Notes: a model not told the origin generated them from the sequence alone. A stretch of 32,842 nt of DNA from Nitrososphaeraceae archaeon (GCA_035640315.1 DASQWJ010000007.1:1-32842), one strand, 5' to 3'. Positions 7,409 through 16,391 are shown, counted from the first letter of the stretch. Made by a program: numbers and translations.

Positions 7409-9523
7409 TTGGGACCTGCGACACGGATTATCTTTGGAAAGAGTAACGCCATTAATACCGAACTAGAAATTTTCAAAAAAGCAAACAAGCAGATAGACAC
7501 TTGTATGACTTATACTAGACCTTCGCTTGCAATTTCAATAAAACAAATAAGAGATGCATTCCTGTCGGCCAAGAGAAGAGGTGTGAAGCTTAGATATATT
7601 ACTGAGATCAATCATCATAACTTTGAAGATTGTAAGGTGTTACTAGGCATTGTAGATGAGCTAAGACATCTAGATGGAGTAAAAACTAACTTTATGATCA
7701 GTGAGGACGAATATCTAGCTCCACTGATTCAAGAAAAAAGTGAGGCGATTGCGTCGGAGCATATTTACAGCGACATGGTTCAAATTGTAGAACATGGACG
7801 ATGCATATTTGATACCCTATGGAGTAAATCAATATCAGCTGAAGAAAGATTGAGGCAAATACAAGATGACGCGATACCTCAAGAGACAAAGATCCTGGAC
7901 AATCATGACGATATAATAAAACAGTTGATACATTTATCTGAAGTTTCTTCCGGCTTGTCAGTTGTGTCAAATCATGGAGGTATGCAGCTGACTTACAATA
8001 CCTTTTTGGAACAATGCAAAAATGTTCTTCAAAAACAGAAAAGAGGAGAAGGAGAAGGAATTAGATGGATCATGAGAATTGAAAAAGATAGCGTCAAACT
8101 GGTAAAGAAGTTTCTTAAACTAGGAGTAAAAATAAGACATGTAAAGAATTTAGCGCCTATCAATTTTGCTGTAAGCAAAAACGGACTAGTTGCTACTGTA
8201 GAAGAAATGAAAGGAGGAATGATACAAAATCTTCTTACCAGTAACGAAAGATCATATATAAAACATTTTAATTCCATGTTTGAGCAGTTATGGAAAGAGG
8301 GAGTCGATGCCCGATACCGAATTAAAGATATAGAAGAAAAGGTCGGCATTGCAGAAATAGAAATAATTCGGAACCCCGTTGATTCAGTTGCTCGTGGCTG
8401 GGACATGGTAAAAACAGCTCGAAAAGAAATTGATGTATTATTTTCCTCTTCAAATGCATTGAAGCGGCAGATCACCATGGGAGCGCTGTCACTTTTGAAA
8501 AATGCTTCAGAAAAGCAGAAAGTAAAGATTAGAATGTTACTTCCGTCTTCTGATAAGTCAGAAGAACTAATAGAACAAACAAGATCCAATGTTCCTAAAA
8601 TTGATATTAGAACTATAAGTGCAAGTCTTGAAACAAAGATCTCAATACTTATCGTAGATTCTAAACAATGTCTTATTTTAGAGTTAAAAGATGATAAACA
8701 AGATACATCCTATGAGGCGGTAGGATTATCCACATACTCAATCAGCCCTACTATAATTTCGTCTTATTTGGCTGTCTTCGAAAGTTTTTGGAGGCAGGCA
8801 GAACTTTTTGAAAAGATGAAAGAAGTCGAATTACTGGAAAAGGATTTTATAAATATTGCTGCTCATGAATTGCGAAATCCCATTCAACCAATAATTGGCT
8901 TTTCAGAATTGCTTTATTCGAAGATTGACAACAATGAGCACAGACGGCTTCTTGATGAAGTCATATTGAATGCAAAGAGACTTGAGAGACTTGCACGATT
9001 AATGCTAGATGTAACCCGGATTGAGAACAATTCACTGGTTTTAACAAAAGAAGTTGTTGATGCAAGTAAGGTCTTCAATGATATAGTCGACAGTTATAAT
9101 CGCAAATTGGAGGAAAAGAGCGCTGGAATCATCAATGAGAATACCAAATTGATAGTAATTCAGAATGGAATAAAAAATCTCAACGCTACGCTAGACAAGG
9201 TTAGGATTACACAAGTGTTCTGTAACATACTTGATAATGCAATCAGTTTTAGTCACCAAGGAAAAATTGATGTAATATTAAGAAAGAAAAGAGAGAACGG
9301 GCAGAACTATCTAATCACAAGTGTGAAAGATATGGGCCCTGGAATAGATTCAGAGATAATGTCCAAACTATTTACAAAATTTGCATCCAAATCAGATATA
9401 GGAACAGGACTTGGTCTCTTCATTTCAAAAGGTATAGTTGAGGCACATGGAGGAAAAATATGGGCAGAAAACAATCCAGACAGAGGAGCAACATTTAGCT
9501 TTAGTCTGCCAATTGATAAATAA
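7409..9523 (+). CDS. Soluble sensor histidine kinase with three tandem N-terminal input domains
   Basis: H-box AAHELRNP, N-box NILDNAI, G1 DMGPGI, F-box LFTKF and G2 GTGLGL. No TM segment. Starts 35 nt after the cyclase gene. Confidence 0.93.
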   Translation: MGPATRIIFGKSNAINTELEIFKKANKQIDTCMTYTRPSLAISIKQIRDAFLSAKRRGVKLRYITEINHHNFEDCKVLLGIVDELRHLDGVKTNFMISEDEYLAPLIQEKSEAIASEHIYSDMVQIVEHGRCIFDTLWSKSISAEERLRQIQDDAIPQETKILDNHDDIIKQLIHLSEVSSGLSVVSNHGGMQLTYNTFLEQCKNVLQKQKRGEGEGIRWIMRIEKDSVKLVKKFLKLGVKIRHVKNLAPINFAVSKNGLVATVEEMKGGMIQNLLTSNERSYIKHFNSMFEQLWKEGVDARYRIKDIEEKVGIAEIEIIRNPVDSVARGWDMVKTARKEIDVLFSSSNALKRQITMGALSLLKNASEKQKVKIRMLLPSSDKSEELIEQTRSNVPKIDIRTISASLETKISILIVDSKQCLILELKDDKQDTSYEAVGLSTYSISPTIISSYLAVFESFWRQAELFEKMKEVELLEKDFINIAAHELRNPIQPIIGFSELLYSKIDNNEHRRLLDEVILNAKRLERLARLMLDVTRIENNSLVLTKEVVDASKVFNDIVDSYNRKLEEKSAGIINENTKLIVIQNGIKNLNATLDKVRITQVFCNILDNAISFSHQGKIDVILRKKRENGQNYLITSVKDMGPGIDSEIMSKLFTKFASKSDIGTGLGLFISKGIVEAHGGKIWAENNPDRGATFSFSLPIDK

Positions 9524-9714
9524 TTCTACACAAGATTATCTTGTAAGTCCTGAGATTTGGTCATGGTATTAAGGGACGCACCAATTATGAATTTTAACGG
9601 TCTAGGTGGGAGCAGGATTGACATGTCGAGCGGAAAGTAGGAAACCGAAAGCTCTAAATTAATTGATGCAAATTAATAAGGTAACTTTTTTGAAGTTAGT
9701 ATTCATAGCCAAAG

Positions 9715-10008
9715 TTGAGTATCAGCAACAAAAGAGTTAACAATAACGACGGTAACAAAATTACAATGAATGAATCCAAAAATCCCAAGGTAAATGAAAG
9801 GATATTTCTTTTATGTGACCAATGTTTCTGGACCGTAACTTGCCTTAACAAGAATTACCTTCAAGAAACATTATCTAAAAATAACACATGTCCTCGTTGC
9901 AATCAAGACCAATTGTCTAGCTTTCCAGTAATGCCCAATGATTCTTTTACTTATAGCTATTCTAAAAAGAGAGGCATCGAGTTAAATTTTGGAATTAGAA
10001 GGATATGA
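9715..10008 (+). CDS. Small zinc-ribbon protein (CDQC...CPRC)
   Basis: Two CxxC pairs; the likely true start is ATG 9766. Confidence 0.75.
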   Translation: MSISNKRVNNNDGNKITMNESKNPKVNERIFLLCDQCFWTVTCLNKNYLQETLSKNNTCPRCNQDQLSSFPVMPNDSFTYSYSKKRGIELNFGIRRI

Positions 10009-10155
10009 AACTAGTAATTTAGAACTATCATATGAGATTTTTTCACTTTAATCAACCGGCGAGATCTAATTCTCAGAAAAGTAACTGGTAAAATAGTTTT
10101 ATCCCATGTTGTCCAATAGATAACTAGTCAAACACCAAGAGAACACCGCTTCATG

Positions 10156-10200
10156 ACTGGTGGGTCAAAATTTAATACCATCTATTATTGACCCACCAGT
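10156..10200. repeat. Perfect 13-bp inverted repeat with 19-nt spacer
   Basis: ACTGGTGGGTCAA (10156-10168) and TTGACCCACCAGT (10188-10200). Confidence 0.9.
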
Positions 10201-10316
10201 TTAGACTATACTGTTTAATAAATGATCAATCTAGGTGAAAAATTAAGGTAGTTGGACTTCAATTTTTGATTATGTGGTAACGTCTTAAGATTCATTGAAG
10301 GGATAACATTGTTATA

Positions 10317-11144
10317 TTGTTGGTCATTAGGAATGACATGTTGAAATATATAAAAAATTTGTTGATTCAACCTGGAAAACGTATGGACCTTTCCAAGTTT
10401 GATCCTGATGATACATTTGGTAAAAAAAAGGATGATCTTGATAAAAAACTTCCAATCCTTAAATCATCAATGTCAGAATTTCAGTACAAACTATACATTG
10501 AAAACGAAAAAGCATTACTAATCGTTCTTGAAGGCATGGACACTTCTGGCAAAGATGGGGTAATAAGGTATGTGATAAGTGCATTTAATCCAGTTTCATG
10601 TAGAGTTGAGTCATTTAAGGTACCGACATCTGAAGAATTGGCACATGATTTTTTATGGAGGATTCATAAAACTGTACCTCGTAAAGGTTTTGTTTCAGTG
10701 TTTAATCGTTCTCATTACGAGGATGTTGTTGAAGTTCGAGTTCAGAAACAGGTGCCGGAATCCACCTGTTTGAAGAGATTTGATCAGATAAGGCAGTTCG
10801 AAATAATGCTATCAGAAAATAATCTGAAAATATTAAAATTCTATTTGCACATTAGTAAAGACGAGCAAAAGAAGAGACTCCTTGAAAGATTATCGAATCC
10901 CCAAAAGCGATGGAAAATCAATGAAGATGATTTTCAAAAACGAAAAAAATGGGATAACTATATGACTGCTTATACAGATGCTATTAACAATTGTAGCATA
11001 AAACAGGCTCCTTGGTACGTAATTCCAGCTAATAAGAAATGGTTTAGGAATTGGATTATATCAGAAATAATCGTAAAAGAAATGAGAGAAATGAAAATAA
11101 AATATCCGCAATTTTCATCTCAATATGATAACATCAAAATTTGA
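10317..11144 (+). CDS. ppk2: Polyphosphate kinase 2, class III-like
   Basis: Walker A EGMDTSGKDG, HDFLWR, FNRSHYEDV (class III-type Walker B region), KFYLHISKDEQ and PWYVIPANKKWFR. Likely start is ATG 10338. Confidence 0.93.
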   Translation: MLVIRNDMLKYIKNLLIQPGKRMDLSKFDPDDTFGKKKDDLDKKLPILKSSMSEFQYKLYIENEKALLIVLEGMDTSGKDGVIRYVISAFNPVSCRVESFKVPTSEELAHDFLWRIHKTVPRKGFVSVFNRSHYEDVVEVRVQKQVPESTCLKRFDQIRQFEIMLSENNLKILKFYLHISKDEQKKRLLERLSNPQKRWKINEDDFQKRKKWDNYMTAYTDAINNCSIKQAPWYVIPANKKWFRNWIISEIIVKEMREMKIKYPQFSSQYDNIKI

Positions 11145-11362
11145 CATTTCATAAAGGTAACCTCCTTAAAGAGAGATATGATATTCGAAGTGCGATTTCA
11201 TATGTAAGAAGAAAATCTTTTGGGGCTTCGAAACAATTTGTTAGATATTCGAATGATTGCAGAAATGAACTTCTTTTATCAGTTTCCTTATGTAATGTTA
11301 GTTTAAATCAATTAGATACATTAAAAAGATGCATCCGATATATAAAGAAGATTTGAATTGAA

Positions 11363-12910
11363 ATGACGCAACCGCATGATAGTAACAATAATCGAAATCC
11401 AACATCGCCATCCTTGAATCAGAAAGTACCGAGAAAAGCCTGGATGTCATTAGCGATATTAGGTTCTGCACTTCTAATTGCCATGTATGGCGAAACAATG
11501 TTACTGCCTGCAATACCAGATATAATTCAGGAATTTGACATATCTTACAATACATCCTCATGGATTCTGTCTGCATATCTTATTGCCGGCGCCGTTGCAA
11601 CTCCACTAGGAGGAAAGCTTTCAGATATCTACGGTAGGAAAAAAATGGTAATGATCATATTGATTGTTTATATTATCGGAATAACTCTAGGAGGAATTTC
11701 AACTAATATTACATTTCTGATAGTTGCCAGAGTAATCCAAGGAATTGGAATCTCGATGTTCCCTATTGCATTTGGAATCATACGAGATCAGTTTCCAACT
11801 GATAAACTTGCAATAGGTGTGGGTGTGTTTAGTTCTATGTTCGCAGCAGGGTCAGTGGTTGGTTTGGCATTGGGAGCGAATATAATAGAAAACTTCGGAT
11901 GGAGAACCACCTTTTTCTCAATTGTATTTGTAGCTATTGGCTTGTGGTTTATCATTAGGCGATATATTGATGATAAGCAAGAAGCTTTGAGTTTGGCTGA
12001 TTCGTCAGAACAAGTTCATGCTCCTACTTCAGTGGAGAACAAGATAAGTGTACCATATAAAGAAACTACAAATGGTAACAGTATGAAGAATATAGATATG
12101 AAGGGAACTGTGACTCTTGCAGTTACAGTAATTTCGCTACTCATGGTTCTTTCTTATTCACAGACAAATAATATTGGAAATTATCAAATCGCTATATTCC
12201 TATTCGTAGGCATTATTTCACTCGTACTATTTGTTATCGTGGAAAAGAAATCAAAATCACCTTTGGTTAATTTTCAATTAATGGCCAACAAGACTATTCT
12301 ATCTGCAAATATTATTCTAGTTATTGCGTTTCTATCAATGTTCACAGTTTTTCAAACTATACCTGTTCTAGTAAGAAGTCCTCAACCATTTGGATTTGGG
12401 GAAAGCGTCATAACAACCGCAAATATTCAGCTTCCGTTTATGATTGTGTTTCTATTATTTGCTCCTTCCTCCGGTTTTATTGTATCTAAACTGGGTAACG
12501 TAAAGCCAACAATAATTGGCAGTATAGTTAGCGCTCTAGGATTTTCTAGTCTCTTTTTGTTTCACTCAAACGGGTTTTTAGTTTCAACAAATTTGGCGAT
12601 AATTGCTGGAGGTTTGTCATTGATGCAAGTTGGTGGTTTTGATATTATTCTACAATCCACACCGAGGAAATTTAGTGGAATATCTCTCGGAATGACTGTT
12701 CTATTTAATTTAGTTGGAGGCTCAGTCGGACCTGCCGTTGCAGGAATTTACATGCAGACAAATCAAGTATTGATCAAAAACGTTGGTTCATATCCTTCTC
12801 CTGAATCATATAACTTGATCTTTCTAACTATAGCTCTAGCCTCACTTATTCCAATAGCATTATCGATTTACATAAAAAAGAAGTGTCCTCACATCATTCT
12901 CATTGAATAG
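11363..12910 (+). CDS. MFS transporter (DHA2/EmrB-like, about 14 TM)
   Basis: Motif A GKLSDIYGRKK, ARVIQGIG, GWRTTF and IDMKG; many TM helices. Confidence 0.92.
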   Translation: MTQPHDSNNNRNPTSPSLNQKVPRKAWMSLAILGSALLIAMYGETMLLPAIPDIIQEFDISYNTSSWILSAYLIAGAVATPLGGKLSDIYGRKKMVMIILIVYIIGITLGGISTNITFLIVARVIQGIGISMFPIAFGIIRDQFPTDKLAIGVGVFSSMFAAGSVVGLALGANIIENFGWRTTFFSIVFVAIGLWFIIRRYIDDKQEALSLADSSEQVHAPTSVENKISVPYKETTNGNSMKNIDMKGTVTLAVTVISLLMVLSYSQTNNIGNYQIAIFLFVGIISLVLFVIVEKKSKSPLVNFQLMANKTILSANIILVIAFLSMFTVFQTIPVLVRSPQPFGFGESVITTANIQLPFMIVFLLFAPSSGFIVSKLGNVKPTIIGSIVSALGFSSLFLFHSNGFLVSTNLAIIAGGLSLMQVGGFDIILQSTPRKFSGISLGMTVLFNLVGGSVGPAVAGIYMQTNQVLIKNVGSYPSPESYNLIFLTIALASLIPIALSIYIKKKCPHIILIE

Positions 12911-12926
12911 TGTTTGACGTCCTTAA

Positions 12927-13175
12927 CTATTCTATAAGATCTAACATCAATTTTAAATCTAATATCTCTTTCCTTAGAACGTTTCTATCAAGACTATCAA
13001 TAACATATTTGTAAAGAAGCTCACAAGCACGGATTTGTCCCAAAATTATATCTTTCTTGTTTATGTAAAGAGAATGATGGAATTCCATGACGGAATAGGC
13101 AATCCTTCTCTTGTGTAGAGACCCACATAGCTTGGCATCAATTTGTATTGTAGAATCAATATCCGTAAGGTTCAT
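12927..13175 (-). CDS. Hypothetical protein
   Basis: 82 aa; its ATG overlaps the TGA of the upstream ORF (ATGA, 13172-13175). Confidence 0.7.
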   Translation of the reverse strand: MNLTDIDSTIQIDAKLCGSLHKRRIAYSVMEFHHSLYINKKDIILGQIRACELLYKYVIDSLDRNVLRKEILDLKLMLDLIE

Positions 13176-13402
13176 TTATTTATTATCATCTCAAATCCAA
13201 TTGGGTCTTCTAGTCCTAATCCCAACCTTCTACTCATTCGATTCGTACAATAAAAATCTGAATGTTTTCCCCCTTCTATGATATCACATTTATCACAAAT
13301 CCACCTGACTGATTCTTTACAAGTCTTGCAGAGTGCAGATGGTATCAAATTCGAACCACATATTCTACAAGATTTCTTGTTAAACATATTAAGAGTTATC
13401 AA
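13172..13402 (-). CDS. Small Cys-rich zinc-ribbon protein
   Basis: CRICG, CKTC, CDKC plus His; possible start at ATG 13387. Confidence 0.72.
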   Translation of the reverse strand: MITLNMFNKKSCRICGSNLIPSALCKTCKESVRWICDKCDIIEGGKHSDFYCTNRMSRRLGLGLEDPIGFEMIINK

Positions 13403-13611
13403 AACTGCTCCTATTAGGATTATGAGTATTGATCCGATGGAATCATTTTGAACTATATTGAATAAATGATTATGTTTGAGTTATTTTTCATTTAAATGTT
13501 TGTACCACAAGGCTTTACTATTAAAAACACAGGAATAATATAAATGGTGTCTAAGATTATATGCTCGTGCCAAATGTCTTTATTGTCCAAATCATAGAGT
13601 TAAGGTAGATA

Positions 13612-14526
13612 ATGATCAAAATTCAATACGTATTATACCCATTATTAATAACGATACTCGTTACTCTTTTTATTTCTATTTCATTTTCACAAAATGTTAC
13701 TCATTCCAATACCACTAATCAAAGCACATCTGATCAAAACATCACTAATCAAAATGCTACTAGTTCTTCTACTTTGCTTAATGGCAGCAAGAAAAATGAT
13801 TCAAGTGTAACTGTAATTAATGCTGCTGGCGACATAGATTGTTCTAACAATCTAGTTGATCAGGTTAAATCGGACAATCCAGATCTGTTTATTGCCCTTG
13901 GAGATCTGTGTTACGAATCTGATTTGACTAATTTTACAAATATCTACGATGATTTAGTAAGAGCAAACAAATTGGCATGTATAGTTGGCAATCATGACTC
14001 GGAGGAGGATGGAAATTCAAAAATTCTAAATCAAACGCTGGAACTATGTGGAGATCATTGGTATCGAAAAATTGCAAATGATACAACCCTTTTGATCGCG
14101 TTAAATACAAACGGAGATACTAAATCACAAACAAAATGGGGGCAGTCATTGGTAACAAATACAACGTTGATGAACCAAATCAAAAATGTCATCTTACTGG
14201 CCCATAAACCTGCACATACTCCAGAGTCACATCACCCAGCAAGAAACTCAACGATTGTAATGCTAGGAGGTATTGAAAGCAATATATCAAAAAGTGTTCA
14301 GGTTTATGAAATTTCGGCCCACAATCATATAATGGCTGAATCAAATAATGGCCGCTGGTTCATTTCTGGAGCAGGTGGTAGAAGCCACTATGAAGGAGAG
14401 ACTAGTCCGGAGTGGCCGTATGTGAACACTAAAAATTATGGATATCTCCAAATTAGAATAAATAATACAGATGGCAATGTGCTTAGTACTAATTTCTATG
14501 GATTGAACGGAATACTTCTCAACTGA
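13612..14526 (+). CDS. Exported metallophosphoesterase (purple acid phosphatase-like)
   Basis: N-terminal hydrophobic signal and an N/S/T-rich linker with many N-x-S/T sequons. Motifs AAGD, GDLCY, GNHD, AHKP, SAHNH and ISGAGG. Confidence 0.88.
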   Translation: MIKIQYVLYPLLITILVTLFISISFSQNVTHSNTTNQSTSDQNITNQNATSSSTLLNGSKKNDSSVTVINAAGDIDCSNNLVDQVKSDNPDLFIALGDLCYESDLTNFTNIYDDLVRANKLACIVGNHDSEEDGNSKILNQTLELCGDHWYRKIANDTTLLIALNTNGDTKSQTKWGQSLVTNTTLMNQIKNVILLAHKPAHTPESHHPARNSTIVMLGGIESNISKSVQVYEISAHNHIMAESNNGRWFISGAGGRSHYEGETSPEWPYVNTKNYGYLQIRINNTDGNVLSTNFYGLNGILLN

Positions 14527-14601
14527 AAAACATATTTAGAAAATCATTTAAGAAATAACTGAACGAATTTTCAAAGTATACCTCTTCATTCTTTGCTATA
14601 T

Positions 14602-15021
14602 CTATTCGCCTATTATTTGTAAAATTACAGTCCGGTTCCTAGATCTCGTATCCATTTCCAGTAAGACTACTTGTTGCCATGTTCCAAGCGTCAATTTGCC
14701 GCTTATGATGGGAATAGTAATGCTGGGACCTATCAGAGATGATCGTACGTGTGAATGGCCATTTCCGTCGTGCCAGGTGTTATCGTGCTCATATTCTATT
14801 TCCTTTGGGACTATTCTGGATAACATTTCTGGAAAATCATGTACAAGTCCTGGTTCATATTCAATTGTTGTTACTGCCGCTGTAGACCCTGAAACGAAAA
14901 TAGTCAAAGTTCCATTTTTGATTTTGCTCTCTTTTACTTTAGTTGATAACTGAGTAGTCATGTCGATGATGTCACCTTCTCCCTCTGAGTGTAGCTGAAT
15001 TGTATCGGAAAAAACCTTCAT
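14602..15021 (-). CDS. yjbQ: YjbQ/UPF0047 family protein
   Basis: GSTAA, YEHD, NGHSHVRSSLIG and LGTWQ motifs; 139 aa. Confidence 0.92.
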   Translation of the reverse strand: MKVFSDTIQLHSEGEGDIIDMTTQLSTKVKESKIKNGTLTIFVSGSTAAVTTIEYEPGLVHDFPEMLSRIVPKEIEYEHDNTWHDGNGHSHVRSSLIGPSITIPIISGKLTLGTWQQVVLLEMDTRSRNRTVILQIIGE

Positions 15022-15102
15022 ATTTAGAGGATTTTCACCTATATCATCTCAAATATGTAACAAGTGATATATGGTTGTTACTACAAGCCAATATCGGATG
15101 GG

Positions 15103-15541
15103 TCATAGTTCACCTTCTGTTAAATAGTTTCGTAACCTATTGACAAACTATTGACAAACCATGTCCATCCTTGAGAATGCTCCTTAGATTGTTGTCTGTC
15201 GCTCACAGTAAATCCGCTATGCCTTAAAGTGACTTTTGTCTTATTTTTACCTACAGATTCAAATCTCCACGTTACTACTTTATTACCATTAAATTCAGGC
15301 ATGTTTTCAAATTGCCAAGTGTATGATAATTCATTGTTTGGAATGAATTTGATAATTTTGCCATTCATTTCATGGTCCTTATCAAGATTGTTCTTGGCTG
15401 ATTTCAAGAATCTAAAAGATACTCGCCCTCCTTCCTTCTTTTCCAATATGGCGATATCTGGAAACCAGTTGGTTAATTCATCTTGTCAATTGGTACGTCT
15501 ATTACTAACTTGCAATGTATAACAGTAAAGTCATTACTCAT
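15103..15541 (-). pseudogene. SRPBCC/AHSA1 (START-like) protein gene broken by two lesions
   Basis: ATG 15541 overlaps the ArsR stop and reads MSNDFTVIHCKLVIDVPIDKMN*. A second frame continues QDELTNWFPDIAILEKKEGGRV...GWTWFVN. An 11-bp tandem duplication (15137-15158) shifts the end; without it the tail is GWTWFVNRLRNYLTEGEL* (TGA 15105-15103). Confidence 0.85.
15137..15158. repeat. 11-bp tandem duplication CTATTGACAAA x2
   Basis: Exact copies at 15137-15147 and 15148-15158. Confidence 0.95.
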
Positions 15542-15846
15542 GTTTTTGTAACCTTTTGGTTCTCTAAAAATTCCTTTAAACTCTTTAGATTGTAATCCCA
15601 CATTCCTGCAAAAAAATTCATCATTTCTAACGCCTTTTCCTTGTTCAATGAGTAAATTCTATTCTTGCCGATCTTCTTTTCAAATATCAAGTCCGAATTT
15701 CTAAGAATTCTCAAATGGACAGATACTGCGGGCATGGTGAATTGAAAATGTTTTGATATTTCACTAGGAGTCATTTCTTTTTCCTTTAGCAATACCAGGA
15801 TTTTGCGTCTGCTAGAATCAGAGAGTGCCTTCCAAGCTGATTCCAT
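15538..15846 (-). CDS. ArsR/SmtB family transcriptional regulator
   Basis: KALSDSSRRKIL, HTH with PAVSVHLRIL, and wing KIGKNRIYSL; no Cys metal sites. Confidence 0.92.
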   Translation of the reverse strand: MESAWKALSDSSRRKILVLLKEKEMTPSEISKHFQFTMPAVSVHLRILRNSDLIFEKKIGKNRIYSLNKEKALEMMNFFAGMWDYNLKSLKEFLENQKVTKT

Positions 15847-15855
15847 AAATATTAG

Positions 15856-15879
15856 ATATTTAATTAATTATTTAAATAT
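15856..15879. promoter_or_regulatory. Candidate ArsR operator palindrome in a divergent promoter
   Basis: ATATTTAA-T-TAATTA-T-TTAAATAT, a 24-bp dyad with one mismatched pair, between the divergent arsR and VOC genes. It is entirely A/T, so chance is not excluded. Confidence 0.5.
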
Positions 15880-15917
15880 TTATATAATGATATATACGAT
15901 AAGAAACTAAACAATAC

Positions 15918-16391
15918 ATGAACGAAATAGAAAAAATTCCAAAAAACTATCATTCGATTACGCCTGTCTTAATTGTGAATAATGGGGATGAAGCAATAGA
16001 ATTTTATAAAAAAGGTTTTGGAGTTGAAGAAAGATATCGTATGAAAGGACCAGATGGTAGAGTTGCTCATGCTGAATTGAACTTAGGCGATTCTGTCTTT
16101 ATGTTGTCAGATGATTACCCCGAGATGGAATGCCGTTCTCCAAAAACAATAGGTGGAAGTCCAGTTTCAATGTATGTGTATGTAGATGATGTAGATTCGG
16201 TTTTCAACAAGGCGATTTCTGCTGGCGCCAAAGCACTAGACCCTGTTAAGGATCAATTCTGGGGAGATCGTCATGGTAGACTCGAAGATCCATTTGGACA
16301 TCTCTGGTCAATAGCGACACATAAAAAAGATCTTTCAGAAGAGGAAATGAAAAAGGCTGCGGAAGCTGCTTTCTCCCAAATGTCAAAGTAA
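15918..16391 (+). CDS. VOC/glyoxalase family protein (PhnB-like)
   Basis: ITPVLIV, AIEFYKKGFG, HAEL, YVDDVD and DQFWGDRHGRLEDPFGHLW. Confidence 0.92.
   Translation: MNEIEKIPKNYHSITPVLIVNNGDEAIEFYKKGFGVEERYRMKGPDGRVAHAELNLGDSVFMLSDDYPEMECRSPKTIGGSPVSMYVYVDDVDSVFNKAISAGAKALDPVKDQFWGDRHGRLEDPFGHLWSIATHKKDLSEEEMKKAAEAAFSQMSK

Noticed and set aside
3055-8589. Short tracked ORFs 3055-3288, 4057-4305, 4510-4713, 4513-4710, 5757-5963, 6110-6331, 7130-7390, 7698-7970, 8029-8589
   Set aside because: All overlap longer, better-supported genes in another frame or strand and show no motifs of their own.
9604-9625. GGTGGGAGCAGGATTGAC resembling the reverse complement of a tRNA 3' end
   Set aside because: No intact T-arm (GTTCGA) and no cloverleaf can be built.
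10579-11576. ORFs 10579-10773, 11141-11356 and 11298-11576
   Set aside because: Two overlap ppk2 or the MFS gene. 11141-11356 fills the gap but has a TTG start and no recognisable features, so it is not supported.
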